NCBI RefSeq assembly: GCF_963921235.1 | Contig: NC_086097.1 | Coordinates: forward strand, 56,236,001-56,300,000 | Origin: Mobula hypostoma | Taxonomy: Eukaryota | Length of the DNA: 64,000 nucleotides | Reading direction: 5' to 3' | Shown here: positions 13,537-27,184 of the stretch, one piece after another | Layout: every line of letters starts with the position of its first letter | Numbering within the stretch: position 1 is the stretch's first letter | Translations under genes and position numbers: made by a program | Notes under the pieces: generated by a model | Told to the model about the DNA's origin: nothing | Databases searched by the model: none | What the model saw: the letters and a program-made list of their open reading frames with translations, nothing else

Positions 13537-13619
13537 CCAAGGAGCTGCTTTCTTCTGAGTACTACATCTGGAACTCCAAAGGTGATGCACCCATAGCCAG
13601 CAGGTCCTTACTATCCTGA
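13537..13619 (+). CDS. AP5M1: AP5M1 last coding exon with TGA stop
   Basis: cactttttAG acceptor. Translates (S)KELLSSEYYIWNSKGDAPIASRSLLS*, matching the conserved C-terminal SS.YYIWNSK..AP motif. Phase is consistent with the previous exon. Confidence 0.95.
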
Positions 13620-14119
13620 AGTAGTTTGGACAAACATACGGACAACAGTTTTAAAATGTAAATTCGCTTTATTATACATTTTTAAAACATAGGTAGCATT
13701 TTAGTTGTGTACCAGACCAAATCTGTTTTAAAGTGTATACAATTGGAAACTACTATAGTAGTTTACAATGAAGTACATGCTTTTGTAAATATAATGATTA
13801 AAATATGATGAAACTGATTCTGAAAGTACAAAGCAGTTTTTTGCAAACATGATCAGCTCTAATTTTGAGATCTCACAGGTATGCATCTCTCAAGTACATT
13901 AACACCCTTACTGATCTACTGATTCTCCAGCACCTTGAACAAGTGGCCATGATTAATGTATAAACCTTGACAATGAATATTAGGAGATAATTTATTCTGT
14001 GTGTTCAATTCATATCTCCAATAAGCTTGTCATGAGAAAGCAAGGAATGGAAGCAATGTTGGGTTATATTTATTCCTGACCGTCACTCCCAATTGTAGTG
14101 ATAATTGTAATTGATAAGA

Positions 14120-14700
14120 TAGGATTAGATAAAACTATTTATCCCAAAGAAAATTATTGTTGTAGAGTTCCTCAGTCAGAAATATATACTTTAAAATACA
14201 AAATGTAAACATTGAGCTACGAAAAATATACAAAATGTGCACTAAAAAGTAACGGTGCAAAATACAGATGTGTAATGAAACCATGTACTTGTATACTTGA
14301 GGAGTTGTAGAGTCTTCACCTCAGGGAGAAAAGATCTCCTCGGTGGAATCACTCTGTTACTAAAGGTGCTCCTCTGTTTCTTCAGAATGCCTTGGAGGAG
14401 GGTGGGAGGGATTGTCCATAATGCTCCATAGCTTCTGCAGCATCTCCTCTCAGACACAACCACCAGGGAGTCCAGTTCCACCCCCAGAACAGAACCAGCC
14501 TTCCTGATGAGCTTATCAATCTTCTTGGCATCGGCTGCTCTCACCCTGCTGCCCCAGCAGACTACAGCATAGACCACCACAGAGTCGTAGAACATCTGCA
14601 GCCTAGTACTTCAGATGTTGAATGGCCAGAGCCTCCTCAGGAAGTACAGTTGGCTCTGTCCCTTCTTGTACCAAGCCTCTGTATTTTTCATCCAGTCCAC
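14120..14700 (-). mobile_element. Rex1-like LINE 3' fragment
   Basis: ORF 14242-14595 (MFYDSVV..YAVVCWG...KLIRKAGSVLG) is homologous to the ORF at 57989-58408. Confidence 0.8.
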
Positions 14701-17624
14701 GATGATGGTGATGCTATCCATGGATCTGTAGATTTCCTAGGCTGTATGATACAGCTATTCACTGATTAAACTGACTTTTTTTTTTCTCTGGTGTGCATAG
14801 CACAACTAATCAGCAGAGGAGCTTTCTCATGTTGTGTCATGCAGCTAAGCGTTTGAATAAGCTCACTGGGCCATTACATAAATTGGACATCCTGATGTTT
14901 AATTTTAATCACAATCTTTATTTCAAACAGATCCGTGCCACTCTATATAATTGCACAAAAAATCCAGAAACAATTTACACAAATAGTAATGAGTAATCAT
15001 TTTTAAGAACAATTTAAAATATTGCACACTAACAATTTGGGAAATTAGAATGTTGCAATTTACAAATTTTAGTTAAATAATTTATACAATTAATTAATTC
15101 AAGATCAACATTTTTAAGGAAAAGTAACTTACACTTATAATTAACCAATGCTCAGCTGTTTCATGTAAAAAGTAGAATGCACAGAACATTTTAACTAAAA
15201 AGAATAATGGATTAAAAATAAGTTGTAGTGTGAGCGGAAAAAAACAACCGTGACAATGTGATCTTTATATGAGATTCATCATTTAGCATCCAAATGATGT
15301 CAAACAAAAGCTTATTTCTGTTAGTTTGTTCAAAAGTTCATTTAGATATATAAGAACAGGTCAACAACATTCAATCCTCATTTGTTTAACTTCCTCAGAA
15401 TTATCTTCATGAATTTGTCATCTTATTGATGCAGCAAAAAGAAACAATTTCTGTTGATCTCAGGCCCAGACAAATACTGCACATGCCTCCAGAGAGAAAT
15501 TGTATTCTCATGCCTTGTTTTAATAGTTTAGTTTTCCAATACCAGAAATGTAGTAATTTTAGACAAACTTCTTGGACAATTAATGAGAGCCAGATATGAA
15601 CCATGATGGTTTTATTATACTGCCTTCTCCCAAGCTAATTAATAGAAGAAGGCTTACTTAAAAATAAGTCTTAGAGTTCATCTGTACTTCACTGCTTTTA
15701 CTAAAGCATTCATAAAGTTGTCAACTTTTCTATGGCTTTCCAAAATGATACAAATGTTGGTATCATAAGAATAGATACAGTACCTAGAAAGGCTATTGTA
15801 AAGGTTGATTAGAACCATGAGTCAGCATTCATGAATTGGGTCATTTTGGTTATCCTATGCCGTATTTCCTTACAACATTGTCAGTGACTTTGCTACACTG
15901 TGCCAATATTAATCCTAAATGTAAATACTTTTCCCCAACTACTTGATCAATATCTTCAAACATTCACATTGTCGGGATGTGCTATCAAAATTTTCTTTTA
16001 CAGAAGTACATTAAATATGTAGAGTTATAAAAATGTATTCCCAAGAACCTTATGTTGACAACTTTCACCAAGTAGTTTCTACTATCTGCAAATTTACAGA
16101 TTTAGCAATAGAGGCATTCATTTTCCTACCATATCAATAAGCTGTGGGCATCAGTGTTCTAACAACTTTTCAATTTTTATTGTGTATGTGCAGTATAATT
16201 CAAAGGCTCTCATTAGCTATAGAGAAATGTTCAGTTTTCTGCATCTTTATTTCAACATAATTATGTACAGTAGAATATTTAGTGTAAATTAAAATATTCC
16301 TTTAAAACATCAGCTTTTAAGAATTCTGACGGAGTCTATAATTGTGTACCATTGATATTTTTGCATTTAATAATACCAAAAAGATTAGAACGGCAAATAT
16401 GTTCTCGACTAAATGATGTTCAAAGATTTCCTCCATATTTGTTACGGCTTCATTTTGGGGGAAATTGTGAACAAATGGGAAGGCCGATGCCATCTGCAGG
16501 TTCAGTTTACCCTTCAACAGGCCTCTGAGGACAAAGAAAGCAGGAGAGAAGCCCATGCTTTTTTACCTTTTGTAGTCAGCTGATCCCACTGAGTTGTTTT
16601 TGGTCATGTCTGGAAATCTACTACTTCAGAAAGATTTTTTAAAGAGAGGGTCTGTTTCCAGTTTGTTAGGTGACCTGTTTTGTGTTTTCAGTGTGTCTGG
16701 GAACTCCTTAGTGTAATTAGTGACCTTTGAACTCTGAAGCTAATCCTGAGCTGTTTTGTATTCCTTACTCATCTTTAAGGCCGGTCTTCTCTCTTTTTCA
16801 GTATCCGTTGCTACAATTAAAGAAGAAACAGCTGCATTTCAAAGGGATTCCGATTCTAGAAGCTTAATCGTGATTGACAAGCCCTTCTTATTCTGGGCAA
16901 TAAGAAAACTCTGGGAGTCCTTTCTTCAGCTGAAACTTCAATCATTTTAAAAAATTATCTCATTTGGATTTCATTCTACTCCTTTTATAACTATTCTGCT
17001 ATACAATTTTACAAAGTTGAAAGATGCTTAGTATTTGCAGTGTATATGAAATGCATTCATCCCAAGATTGGTGCCAGACCTATATTGTTGACGGGGAAGA
17101 AGCCAAAATCCATTTAGCTTCACAACACAGTTATAAAACATTGTGCAAATCCTGCACACGGTCTTCTGTCACAACACTGTTATCAGTGTACATAAAGGCA
17201 GCTTGCAGCATGCTATTCTATAAGGTAAAATGTCTAGGAAGTGTGCACATTAAAGCTACTGTTTTAAGTATTTTCACAGCTTTTTGTAAAGGGGACAGCA
17301 CTTTGTCATGTGGAGGACTTGTAAGTAGATTAGCAAATGAATTCTAGCATATAGCCTTGTTTTCCTCAACTGTACCTTTTCAGTAATTATTGTTAAAGGT
17401 ACCAGCTTTTGCCTGTACAGTTGTTACCTTATAATGTTGGTGCCGGGTTATAACATCTAAATAAGATCAAAGTAAATTTAAACTACCCTTTTTTTTTATA
17501 CTTTTAGCCGTTATTTGCAGTTCCTCTTACAACTAAAAATAAAGCTGAATCTTCCTGAAGTAGCCAGACATCTGTAACTAAGATAATCCTATGGGTACAG
17601 ACAGTGAAAATCTAACCAATTGCA

Positions 17625-17775
17625 GAGGCCATCATAGTTAAATCAAATCCTGCTTTGCCTCACACTCAGGCGTAGATGTTAGTAGGGATTGCTGGGCAGT
17701 CTCTGCTGCAGAAATCTCAGCGATTTTTCATCCCTTTTCCAGCCACAGTGTCTAGGGTCAATTGTAGAATACCTG
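17625..17775 (-). mobile_element. Possible ancient AmnSINE1/DeuSINE-related relic
   Basis: Minus strand CTACAATTGACC...GAAAAATC...CCAG..CCCTACT...CAGGATT...CTATGATGGCC follows the block order I recall for AmnSINE1. Highly diverged. Confidence 0.35.
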
Positions 17776-18379
17776 TCTCCATTCCAATGAATTTAGTGTT
17801 CTGGTGGTATACGAGGAACTATATTTATCTTGTGAGCTAAGATAACAGCAGATAAGGACACTTAACACAGAAGCAAATTCCAGCTAAATTAATTTTGGAA
17901 TAATTTTCCAAGAGATAAAGATAGTTAATGATGACTGTAAACCGGAGATTAATTTCAGTTCATGATGTAAGAGACACATGAAAGATCTGCACAAACAAGA
18001 TTGTCAAATCATACTTGATATATGTATGATTATAATGACCAATACTTGGAAGCAAATGATTTAATTAAAAGCCTACTAATTTCCTTTTGTATAATGGAAC
18101 ATGCTGTGTCTTTGGCCATTGTATTAAAACTCAATATTAATTTTCTATTCACCACTAATATAGTTCTGAGCTTGAGATGATGACATACGTGAATAAAGGT
18201 TAGGTAGTATGTATTATCAAAAAACCTATGGACTGCTTGAAGTATGTACTTTCAAAAGTGATGTTAATATAAAACAGCCTTATATTTTAATTACAACTGA
18301 AAAGTCTATTTTGTAAAAGAATGGTTTCTTATCCCGCTGCAAGCTCCTCAAATTTGCATCTAAGAAAATGTCTGATATA

Positions 18380-18897
18380 CGCTGAGTGGCCGCTTTATTA
18401 GGTACAGGAGTGGAACACTGATCTTCTCCTGCTGTAGCCCATCACTTCAAGGTTCGACGTGCTGTGTCTTCGGAGCTGGTCTTCCGCCCACCACTGTTGT
18501 AACACATGGTTATTTCAGTTACTCTTGCCTTCCTAATGGCTTGAACCAGTTTGTCCATTCTCCTCTGACCTCTCTGATTAACAAGGCATTTTTGCCCACA
18601 GAACTGCTGCTCACTGGATGTTCTTTTTGGTTTTCGCTAAACTCAGAGACTATTGTGCATGAAAATCCCAAGAGATCAGCAGTTTCTGAGATAGTCAAAC
18701 CATCCTGCCTGGCCCCAACAATCATTCCACGGACAACATCACTTAGATCCCATTTCTTCCCCATTCTGATGTTTGGCATGAACAAGAACTGCACCTCTTA
18801 ATCATGTCTGCATGCTTTCATGCACTGAGTGGCTGCCACATGATTGATTAGTTATTTGCATTCACAAGCATGTGTACCTAATAAAGTGGCCACTGAA
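18380..18897 (-). mobile_element. Non-autonomous Tc1-like DNA transposon
   Basis: TIRs (GAGTGGCCGCTTTATTAGGTACA ... TGTACCTAATAAAGTGGCCACTG) with TA flanks. Minus ORF has a paired-like HTH remnant, MGKKWDLSDVVRGMIVGARQDGLTISETADLLGFS. Confidence 0.88.
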
Positions 18898-20440
18898 TAC
18901 ATGTCTGGTACCCAATAATAGCTCCTCGCTGAAGAGAAGTAGATGACTTGTTCCCAGTCAGCTTTTCAATTAAATATTGTGAGGACAGTTTGTAAATAGC
19001 TTGTTTAACTTGTCCTTTAATCATCTTTCCAGTTTGAAGATTCTTCCTTCTATTGGTTTAACTTAAAATAAATTATTCTCATGCTCAAACCCTCATCAAT
19101 CATGCCTTTCTATTTAGATGTTTCTTTTCATTTCCAATACACTGTGGAAATAATTGATGAACAGCCATCAAGCACTAATTTTACTAATCTGAATATTTAA
19201 TTGTCTTATTAACATTTTATATATAAATATATATATATATATCTAAGTTCCATGTGAAAGATTAAAAGGTTATTTTAAGCCTCCAATCATGCTTATGTTC
19301 TATTTATAGAAGCTATTTTTACAAGCCTCATTTATTGCTGTTATTGCTCTAACTTTTCTTATTTTGTTCAATTTTACAATGCATATAAACAAATTCTATA
19401 ATGATGACCAAATTACAACAGCAGAAATGCAGGTCTGAAGTCAACTGGTACTGCATAATATTAAGCATAACGTACACTTGATGTCATTTTACATGGACTT
19501 TACAAAGTTAAAATACATCTGATGAGAATGCAGATTATCAGAGTAAATCACAATAGCTCAATATTGCAAAATAAGATGTATTTGAAAGAGGAAGACAGTT
19601 AACAAAGATGTTGAAAAACAATTAACATTGTTCAGATTTCAGGGACTTCTTGGGATTACATGTTAAATGCCCACAAATCAGATTTGCAGTAACTGAAAGT
19701 GAAACTGATACTTCCTTCACCAAACTTTGCAAAACTATCTAATTCCAGCCAGCGTCCAGTCAGTTGGTTGTATTATCAGATTAGAATACATTGTAGGGAT
19801 TGTTATCTGTTCCTACAGAAAGGAACTGCTACCAAAAGAAAGCTAAATGTTGGCTGAATTCTGAACCTTTTAACCTGGCTCAAGCCTGTTGCTCCCTGTT
19901 ATGCAAATACCTTAAAATCCCCCTGTTTAGTTCAGTGGAAATAATTTTTTGAATGACAGGTTTACTTTGTGTGGATTCAATTGGTGATTAATCCCCCTTT
20001 GATCTAGGGTATTTTGCTAAACTACCAGTTACCTCTTCTGACAGAGTGCAACTGAGATTAGGGAGATCATTGGAATGCTATCAGGGTGTAGGTTTATTTT
20101 CCATAACCTCTTAGAGCAAGGGCAAGGAAAGCAATCTATTTGCAGGATTTGATGCCGTGCAACACTGGCAATGGTGTCAGGAAACTGATTGTATTTATTT
20201 TAACATTGCAACTTTTTTTCAGCAAATAAGGAGATTTTTGTTAACCTTACATATCCTTGTTGATCATCCAGTTACATCAACACTCAAATCAACTAGTTCA
20301 AGGGAATAATGTTCTGTATTCATTACAAAACATGAAACTGTATAAATGTCCCTTAACCCGAGTCAAGATTTAAGCAGATTTTCCCTTCAAATAGCTGTCA
20401 TGTTAATAGCAAAGTAGCATTGTGAAGATAAAGATTTTAA

Positions 20441-21838
20441 AGAGTTGAATAATCAAAGTCCTGTTTGAGCAAATGTTATTGTACAACACATTCCTGTTAG
20501 TGTCACTTTCTGTTTGCCTGATAATGACAGAACAATTCCATTCTTGTAATTTTCTTCAGACATCTTCTATAAGAACTGACTCGCCAACTTAGTGTTAGCA
20601 AAATTAGGTGACCGGCCTTTAAAGCCACAAGGTCTTTGGAAATTAGATTTCCATATCCTGAAAGCCACAAAATCTTTGTTGCAATTAGTTATGCAAGTGT
20701 ATGACTTGATACTTTGTCTAACGAATCGACATTACAGCATCAGGGAAATATTTGAAGAACTTTATACTGTGAAGAAAGTTTCACAAAATATTTCTGTTAA
20801 ATGGTGCATCAAACAAACTTTTAATTTCGTGAGAATTTTATTTAGATTTTGTGTGAATAAGTCTTATTTGAAAAGGAAGTTCTGAACACAGAAAAAGAAA
20901 TAATATTTATAGTTTATTGAGTGATGAAATTGAGAGTTCAATAAATGATACTTAATTCTAAATAATAAAATAATTGTACGTTCACTCCTTTTGCTTAGTT
21001 ATGTTTTACATGGTTTTTTTTAAAGCTGCATTCTGACAAAGGACCTTATTGTGTACATGAATTCATGGTAATTTTCTTGGCTGTAGGGAGTCATTTGGAG
21101 AGGTCACTTCCATGTTCCTGTAGAAGAACGTGGAAGACATTAATGGGAAAACTTAAGAAGAGGACAAGAGGACTGACGAGACTACTACTACTACGTCGAC
21201 TCAGGCCTAGGGGGCCGGCGTCGGGCATGATGATGGACTCTCCACTTCTCCCTCTCCCTCATCAGTGTGTTCAGTTCATCAACATTAGCTGCGCCGCTGT
21301 CTTCTAGGAGCGTGTTGACCATAGTCTTGGGAGGCCGCCCAGGGTTCATCCTCCCGTGCTTGGGCTCCCATATGATGACTAGGCTGGCAGGTAGCTCGGG
21401 GTGACGTAGACAGTGCCCCGCTAGTTGCAGTCTTTCGCCTCGATTTTAGTGGAGACCAGAAGGAAAAAACTGCAGAAGGCCATCTTGTAGACAGTTCAAC
21501 ATTGCCTGAGAAAAGGCCAGGTTACAGTTGTTTAGTCATCCGTTCAAAATATTAGAAAACATGGAAGATATATCAAGTCATACATTTGCATAACTAATTG
21601 CAACAAAGATTTTGTGTCTTTCAGGATGTAGAAACCTAATTTCCAAAGTCTTTGTGGCTTTAAAGACCAGTCATCTAATCTTGTTAACACAGAGTTGGTG
21701 AATCAGTTGTTATAGATGTATGAAGAAAATTACAAGAATGGGATTGTTCCGTCATTATCAGGCAAACAGAAAGTGACACTAACAGGAATGTGTTGTACAA
21801 TAACATTTGCGCAAACAGGACTTTGATTATTCAACTCT
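20441..21838. mobile_element. Fold-back element with ~270-bp inverted arms and TTAA flanks (candidate Kolobok-like non-autonomous transposon)
   Basis: 20441-20711 is the reverse complement of 21571-21838. TTAA at 20437-20440 and 21839-21842. Termini AGAG...CTCT. Confidence 0.65.
21180..21452 (-). mobile_element. RTE-clade (RTE-X-like) LINE 3' end
   Basis: Minus strand encodes RLQLAGHCLRHPELPASLVIIWEPKHGRMNPGRPPKTMVNTLLED and ends in a (TAG)n tail. CpG-rich, so probably young. Confidence 0.8.
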
Positions 21839-21999
21839 TTAAAAAAACTGCTCTGTTTATCCTCAAATGGTCTTTTGCATTAATTGGACAGGTTGACCAC
21901 ATATCCTTTGAAGAACACAACTAGGAGCAGAATAGGCTGGACAGACCCTTGAAGCTGCCGTACAAGCCAATAACATAAAAAAAACTATCACTTAGTTTT

Positions 22000-23150
22000 C
22001 AATATACTCAGTAAATGACAACCCGCAGCCCTCTGAGGTGGAGTACACACAACCAAGGTAAGCAGTGTGCAAAAGACAAACTGCAAATATAAAAAGAAAA
22101 GAAAATATTAATAATAAATTAATAAGCAATAAATATCGAGAAGCTGAGATGAACATAGAACATAGAATAGTACAGCACAGTACAGGCCCTTCGGCCCATA
22201 ATGTGCCGACCCTCAAACCCTGCCTCCCATATAAGCCCCCACCTTAAATTCCTCCATATACCTGTCTAGTAGTCTCTTAAACTTCACTAGTGTATCTGCC
22301 TCCACCACTGACTCAGGCAGTGCATTCCACGCACCAACCACTCTCTGAGTAAAAAACCTTCCTCTAATATCCCCCTTGAACTTCCCACCCCTTACCTTAA
22401 AGCCATGTCCTCTTGTATTGAGCAGTGGTGTCCTGGGGAAGAGGCGCTGGCTATCCACTCTATCTATTCCTCTTATTATCTTGTACACCTCTATCCTTGA
22501 AAGTGAGTCTATAGATTGTGGGAACTTTTCAGTGATGGAGCAAGTGAAATTGAGTGACGTTATCCCCTCTGGTTCAGGAGCCAAATGGTATAACTGTTCC
22601 TGAACCTGGTGGTGTGAGTCCTGAGGTTCCTGTACCTTCTTCCTGATGGCAGCAGCAAGAAGTGAGCATGTCTTGGGAGGTGGAGGCCCCCAATTGTGGG
22701 TGCAGCTTTCCTGCAACAATGCTCCATGTGTATGTGCTCAATGGTGAGGATGGCCATATCCACTACATTTTGTAGGATTTCCGTTCAAGGGCATTGGTGT
22801 TTTCATACTGGGCTGAGATGCAGCCAGTTGATACACTCTCCACTACACATCTATAAAAGTTAGTCAAATTATAGATGTCATGCAGAATCATTGCAAACTC
22901 CTACCGTGCTCTCCTCGTAATTTCACTTACATGCTGGGCCCAGGACAGGTCCACCGAAATGATAACAAATGATAACAAATGATAACACTGGTGACTTAAA
23001 GTTGCTGACCCTCTCCATCTCTGATTCTCAAATGAGGACTGGCTCATGGACCTCCAGTTTCCTCCTCCTGAAGTCAATAATTAGCTCCTTGGTCTTGCTG
23101 ACATTGAGTTAAAGTTTGTTGTTGTGGTATCATTCAGTCAGATTTCAATC
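22000..23150 (-). mobile_element. Rex1/Babar-type LINE 3' fragment, interrupted by a CR1
   Basis: Minus translation includes HFLLLPSGRRYRNLRTHTTRFRNSY and LNVSKTKELIIDFRRRK. Confidence 0.8.
22152..22495 (-). mobile_element. Short, young 5'-truncated CR1 copy
   Basis: Nearly identical to 5214-5553, including the (TTCTATG)n tail. Confidence 0.92.
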
Positions 23151-24394
23151 TCTCTTCTCCCATAAATCAATTTGAATGCACAGCTTGAGAATTACTTTTT
23201 CCATGAATGTCAAGCAGGTGTGATAAATGTTATCTAACTTGCTCAATCTCTTGTATCAAAAAAATACACCAATATCACAGCACTCTCTAATTCCAACTCT
23301 GACTATTAGCTTCCTTTGTGCTCTCACATCTGAATTTTAGCATAACTCAATGACACTTTCACTAAAAACAATCTAAATTACGGTTGGGAAAAGCTCACCC
23401 TGCATTAATTCTAAATTGGTTTCAATTGACCAAAATAATTCTCCACCTTCTCTGAAATAACCCAGATGCTTATCTATTTGTTTGTTGAGAGCAGAGTGGG
23501 AAGTTCTCGTGATTTCCTTAAAGAGTGATCCCAATCAGAGGAGCTGCAGAATAGAGCCTGAACTTTATACATTCCCATAAAAGTCATTCAGAACAAATTT
23601 ACAGATTTTTCCCTCAGGAAAAAAACTTTGCATTTTAACCAGCATTCTTAACTAATTGTTTTTTTCTAAACTGGACAGAAGTCAGCGCAGTGCAGTTTTT
23701 CATTTGGTTATAATCAGTTATTCAAAATGTCAGTAAATTGTTACAACTGAAGGATTCATAAATATAGAAATAATAATAATGTCAATGGTAAATCATTCTA
23801 TAATCTTTTACTGACTATTAGATAAATATAACAAAATAATTCTGATTAAAATGTCATACATTTAAACATAAAGATGATAAGCTGAATCAAGCTGGTATCA
23901 GCTTGTACAGAGAAATCCACATTTATTTAGGGGAGATGTGGAGGGAGGAATAAGCTGGCCCTCCACCCCTGACCCCAGGCAGTGACCGATAAGGTGCAGA
24001 GGTGCAAGAGCTGCTGGTGCCTGAACCGCTTTGGTTTTCAGTGCCACTTGAAAATTATTAAAATTGCTTTAATCTAATCAATGACATCTATTTAGAACAT
24101 GTATGCACAATAATAAATAAAAAATCAAAAATTAAATAAAATGAGTTAAAATATAAACATTTTTTCTATCCAGTCTCCCAGTCAGCAAAACCCAATGAAA
24201 TGAACAGGGGTTTTGTTCCTATATCAGATCTGGCTGGCACAGGATTACGGAGACACATTAGTACAGGATACCACAAATAAATAGATCCACAACATACTGG
24301 AGATGGGTGATTGTCTTCGGAATCATTCTCCATAATTAGAATGATTCATTATAGAACCAGCACTGGACTAATCATCATTTAAAATAATCCATGG

Positions 24395-25110
24395 GATTTT
24401 TAATAGTGCGGTGTTTTATCAGAATCACTTCATTGCCAGTATGTGAAACATACCAGAATTGATTGTGCTTCGTTGCCAAGCATAAAACACAGGACAATAC
24501 TGTAACAGACAACACAATAGCAACCAACAATTTACAAGACAATAGTGCGAACAGCCGTGAGCAATCAACAATTAACACAAATGTAAATAATCAAACTTAA
24601 ATAAATGTGAACATATGAACAGGCTAAATAATTATCAACAGAACGAAGAGAGCAGGGAAGAATACTTAATGGACGTGGTGCAGGGCCAGTTTGGGTATGA
24701 CAAGTGACTGAGTTTCATTGACAAGCTGGATAACTACAGGAAAGAAGCTCAGAGATGATGTGCAGTCCTGGCGACGATGGACACAGCATCTCCCTGGACT
24801 GCTCGGGTGGATGGAGTTAGCAGTAATTTTTCCTGTTCTTTTCTTCACTCATGTGGTGAACAGATCTTTTAATGCCGACAGCTGACAACCAATAATCTCC
24901 TCCACTAAGTGAACCACTCACTGCAATCTGGGCTTGGAGAGGGAGGAGGTGGCAGGAAACCAAACGGAGATAGAACTGGTCACAACACTCTCAATGATGG
25001 CTGAGTAAAAGTTCATCAGGATACACCCTGAGATGTTAAGTTTCCTAAACGTGTGTAGGAATAACCAACTCTACTGGGCTTTTCTAGTGTTAAGCAGAAC
25101 GTGCTTATCC
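24395..25110 (-). mobile_element. Rex/Babar-type LINE 3' fragment, different subfamily
   Basis: Minus strand reads ...FYSAIIESVVTSSISVWF... and ...SFFPVVIQLVN. Confidence 0.6.
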
Positions 25111-26489
25111 TACTTTCATGTATTGGTAATGGCAGTCACCAGGAATTTGAATGGCTCGACCACAGACACAGCCTAATAGTAATACTGAATTTTTGGAATT
25201 CATTGCAACAGGCAGCTGTGGAGACCAAGTCTTTATGTATATTTAAGGCTGAGGTTGATAGATTCTTGATTGGTCAAGGCATGTAGGGATACAGGGTGAA
25301 TGTAGAAGACTGGGGGTGAGAGGAAAAATGGATCAGTCATGATGAAATAGCAGAGCAGACTCGAGGGGCCAAATGGCCTAATTCTGCTCCTGCTAATTCT
25401 GGCCTAATCATTAGTTTTTAAGCTAGGGTGGGCAGATAGGGGCTTTATCCATATTAAAACAGCATTTATATTGACTGTGATAGTACAAAAGTGATGTATA
25501 GGTTGGTTGTAATGTATTATGACGTTAACATTTATTCTCTTTTTTAATTTAGCAAGATCTTTATCTTGCAACACCAGAGCATGACCCTTACTCTAACAAT
25601 GACATTACACCCGGAGAGCTGGTTACCATGGTTACTCTACGTGGCTGCTCTCTCCTGTCAAATATTTATGAATATTCTTAATTGCACCTGATAAACAGAG
25701 ACACAAGAGACCACTAATGCTGGAATCTGGAAAAACCGACAGAGAGCTGGACAGATGAATGGTCTCAGCATGAAACATTGATTATCCATTTCCCTCCATA
25801 GATGCTGCCTTACCTGCTGATTTTCTTCAACATTTTGTACTGTGACATTTAGAAATAGTCCAAATAGATTTAAATAATTAAGACAGTAAAAAATCCACCT
25901 AAACACCTGAAATGAATAGAAATTAAATGCAAATAAATGAAGTAAAATGAATAAAAATAGAAGGTCGATTTATCTTTCCAGTAAAGGTCAGTGACACCCC
26001 TCTTAGGAGTGATTCATATTACATCCTGTGGTTAAAGCTGAGGGGCTAGATGTGAAGTGCATTTGGGCTCTTGGGCCAGGGCATGTATGCTCCATCGCTG
26101 GACTCTGTGATGAGCCTGAGGGAAGAGCAAGACAGATTTTACCGGCATGTGATCTTCACCTGTGACTCCCTGGTTGCAAAGCACGGTTGCAAGGTCATAG
26201 CTGAGCTGAAGTGAAGGGAACATGCTGCTAAAATTTCTCCAGAGAACTGCCGACCAAATGTGAGCTCATTTAAACCCTACATTTTGACAGCTTTAAGCCC
26301 TTGTATAATAACATCCCTGGAACTTGTTTAGGGGATCTTTTCTAAAACCTTCTAAGATCATCTAAAATATTTTAGGGATCTTGGGGTGCAAGTCCATAGC
26401 TCCATAAAAGTGGCAACAAGTAGATGGGATGTGAAGAAGATTACAGCATACTTGCCTTCTTTGGTTGGGTTGTTGAGTATAAAAGTCAG

Positions 26490-27184
26490 TTTTTTTTTTA
26501 GATTATGAGAACACTCAGTCCTCTTTTATTGTCATTTAGAAATGCATACATGCATTAAGAAATGATACAATGTTTCTCCGGAGTGATATCACAGAAAACA
26601 GGACAACCCAAAGACTAACACTGACAGAACCACATAATTATAACATATAGTTACAGCAGTGCAAAACAATACCATAATTTGATGAAGAACAAACCATGGG
26701 CATGGTAAAAATAGTCTCAAAGTCCCCGACTCGATTGACTTCCGAGTCCCCGATAGCAGGCGGCAAAAGGGAGAAACTCCCTGCCATAAACCTCCAGGCA
26801 CCGTCAACTTGCCAATACCTTGGAAGCAGCCGACCACAGCCGACACTGAGTCCGTCCGTCCGAAAACTTCGAGCCTCCGACCAGCCCCTCCGATACAGCC
26901 TCCCGAGCGCCATCCTCTGCCGAGCGCCTTCGACCTCTCCCCGGCCGCTGAAACAAGCAAAGCCGAGGATTTCAGGGCCTTCTGCTCCAAAGGTTCCGGT
27001 TACCACACAGTAGCAGCGGCAGCAAAGCAGGCATTTCAGAAGTTTTCCAGATGTTCCTCCGTACTCTCACATCCGTCTCCATCAAATCAGAATTGTGCAC
27101 AGTCCCCTACTTGACAGATTACAGATATCATTCATTCATCGGAGAGGCCGCGCATGCTACCGTCGCGCCGCCATCTTCTCCTCC
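26490..27184 (-). mobile_element. Non-coding retroposon, family A, copy 2 (apparently full length), within an old CR1 relic (~26370-27710)
   Basis: Minus strand starts GGAGGAGAAGATGGCGGCGCG and ends AATGACAATAAAAGAGGACTGAGTGTTCTCATAATCT followed by an A-run. Confidence 0.82.

Noticed and set aside
13797..13802. ATTAAA as the AP5M1 polyadenylation signal
   Set aside because: Plausible, but such hexamers are common in this AT-rich DNA and cannot be assigned without 3'-end data.
16740..16830. Minus-strand peptide EKERRPALKMSK, loosely like the CCDC198 C-terminus
   Set aside because: Too short, and it lacks the conserved terminal ERIPLFDEFF-type motif.
22957..22988. Three tandem copies of AAATGATAAC
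   Set aside because: Simple slippage duplication inside a dead Rex/Babar copy.
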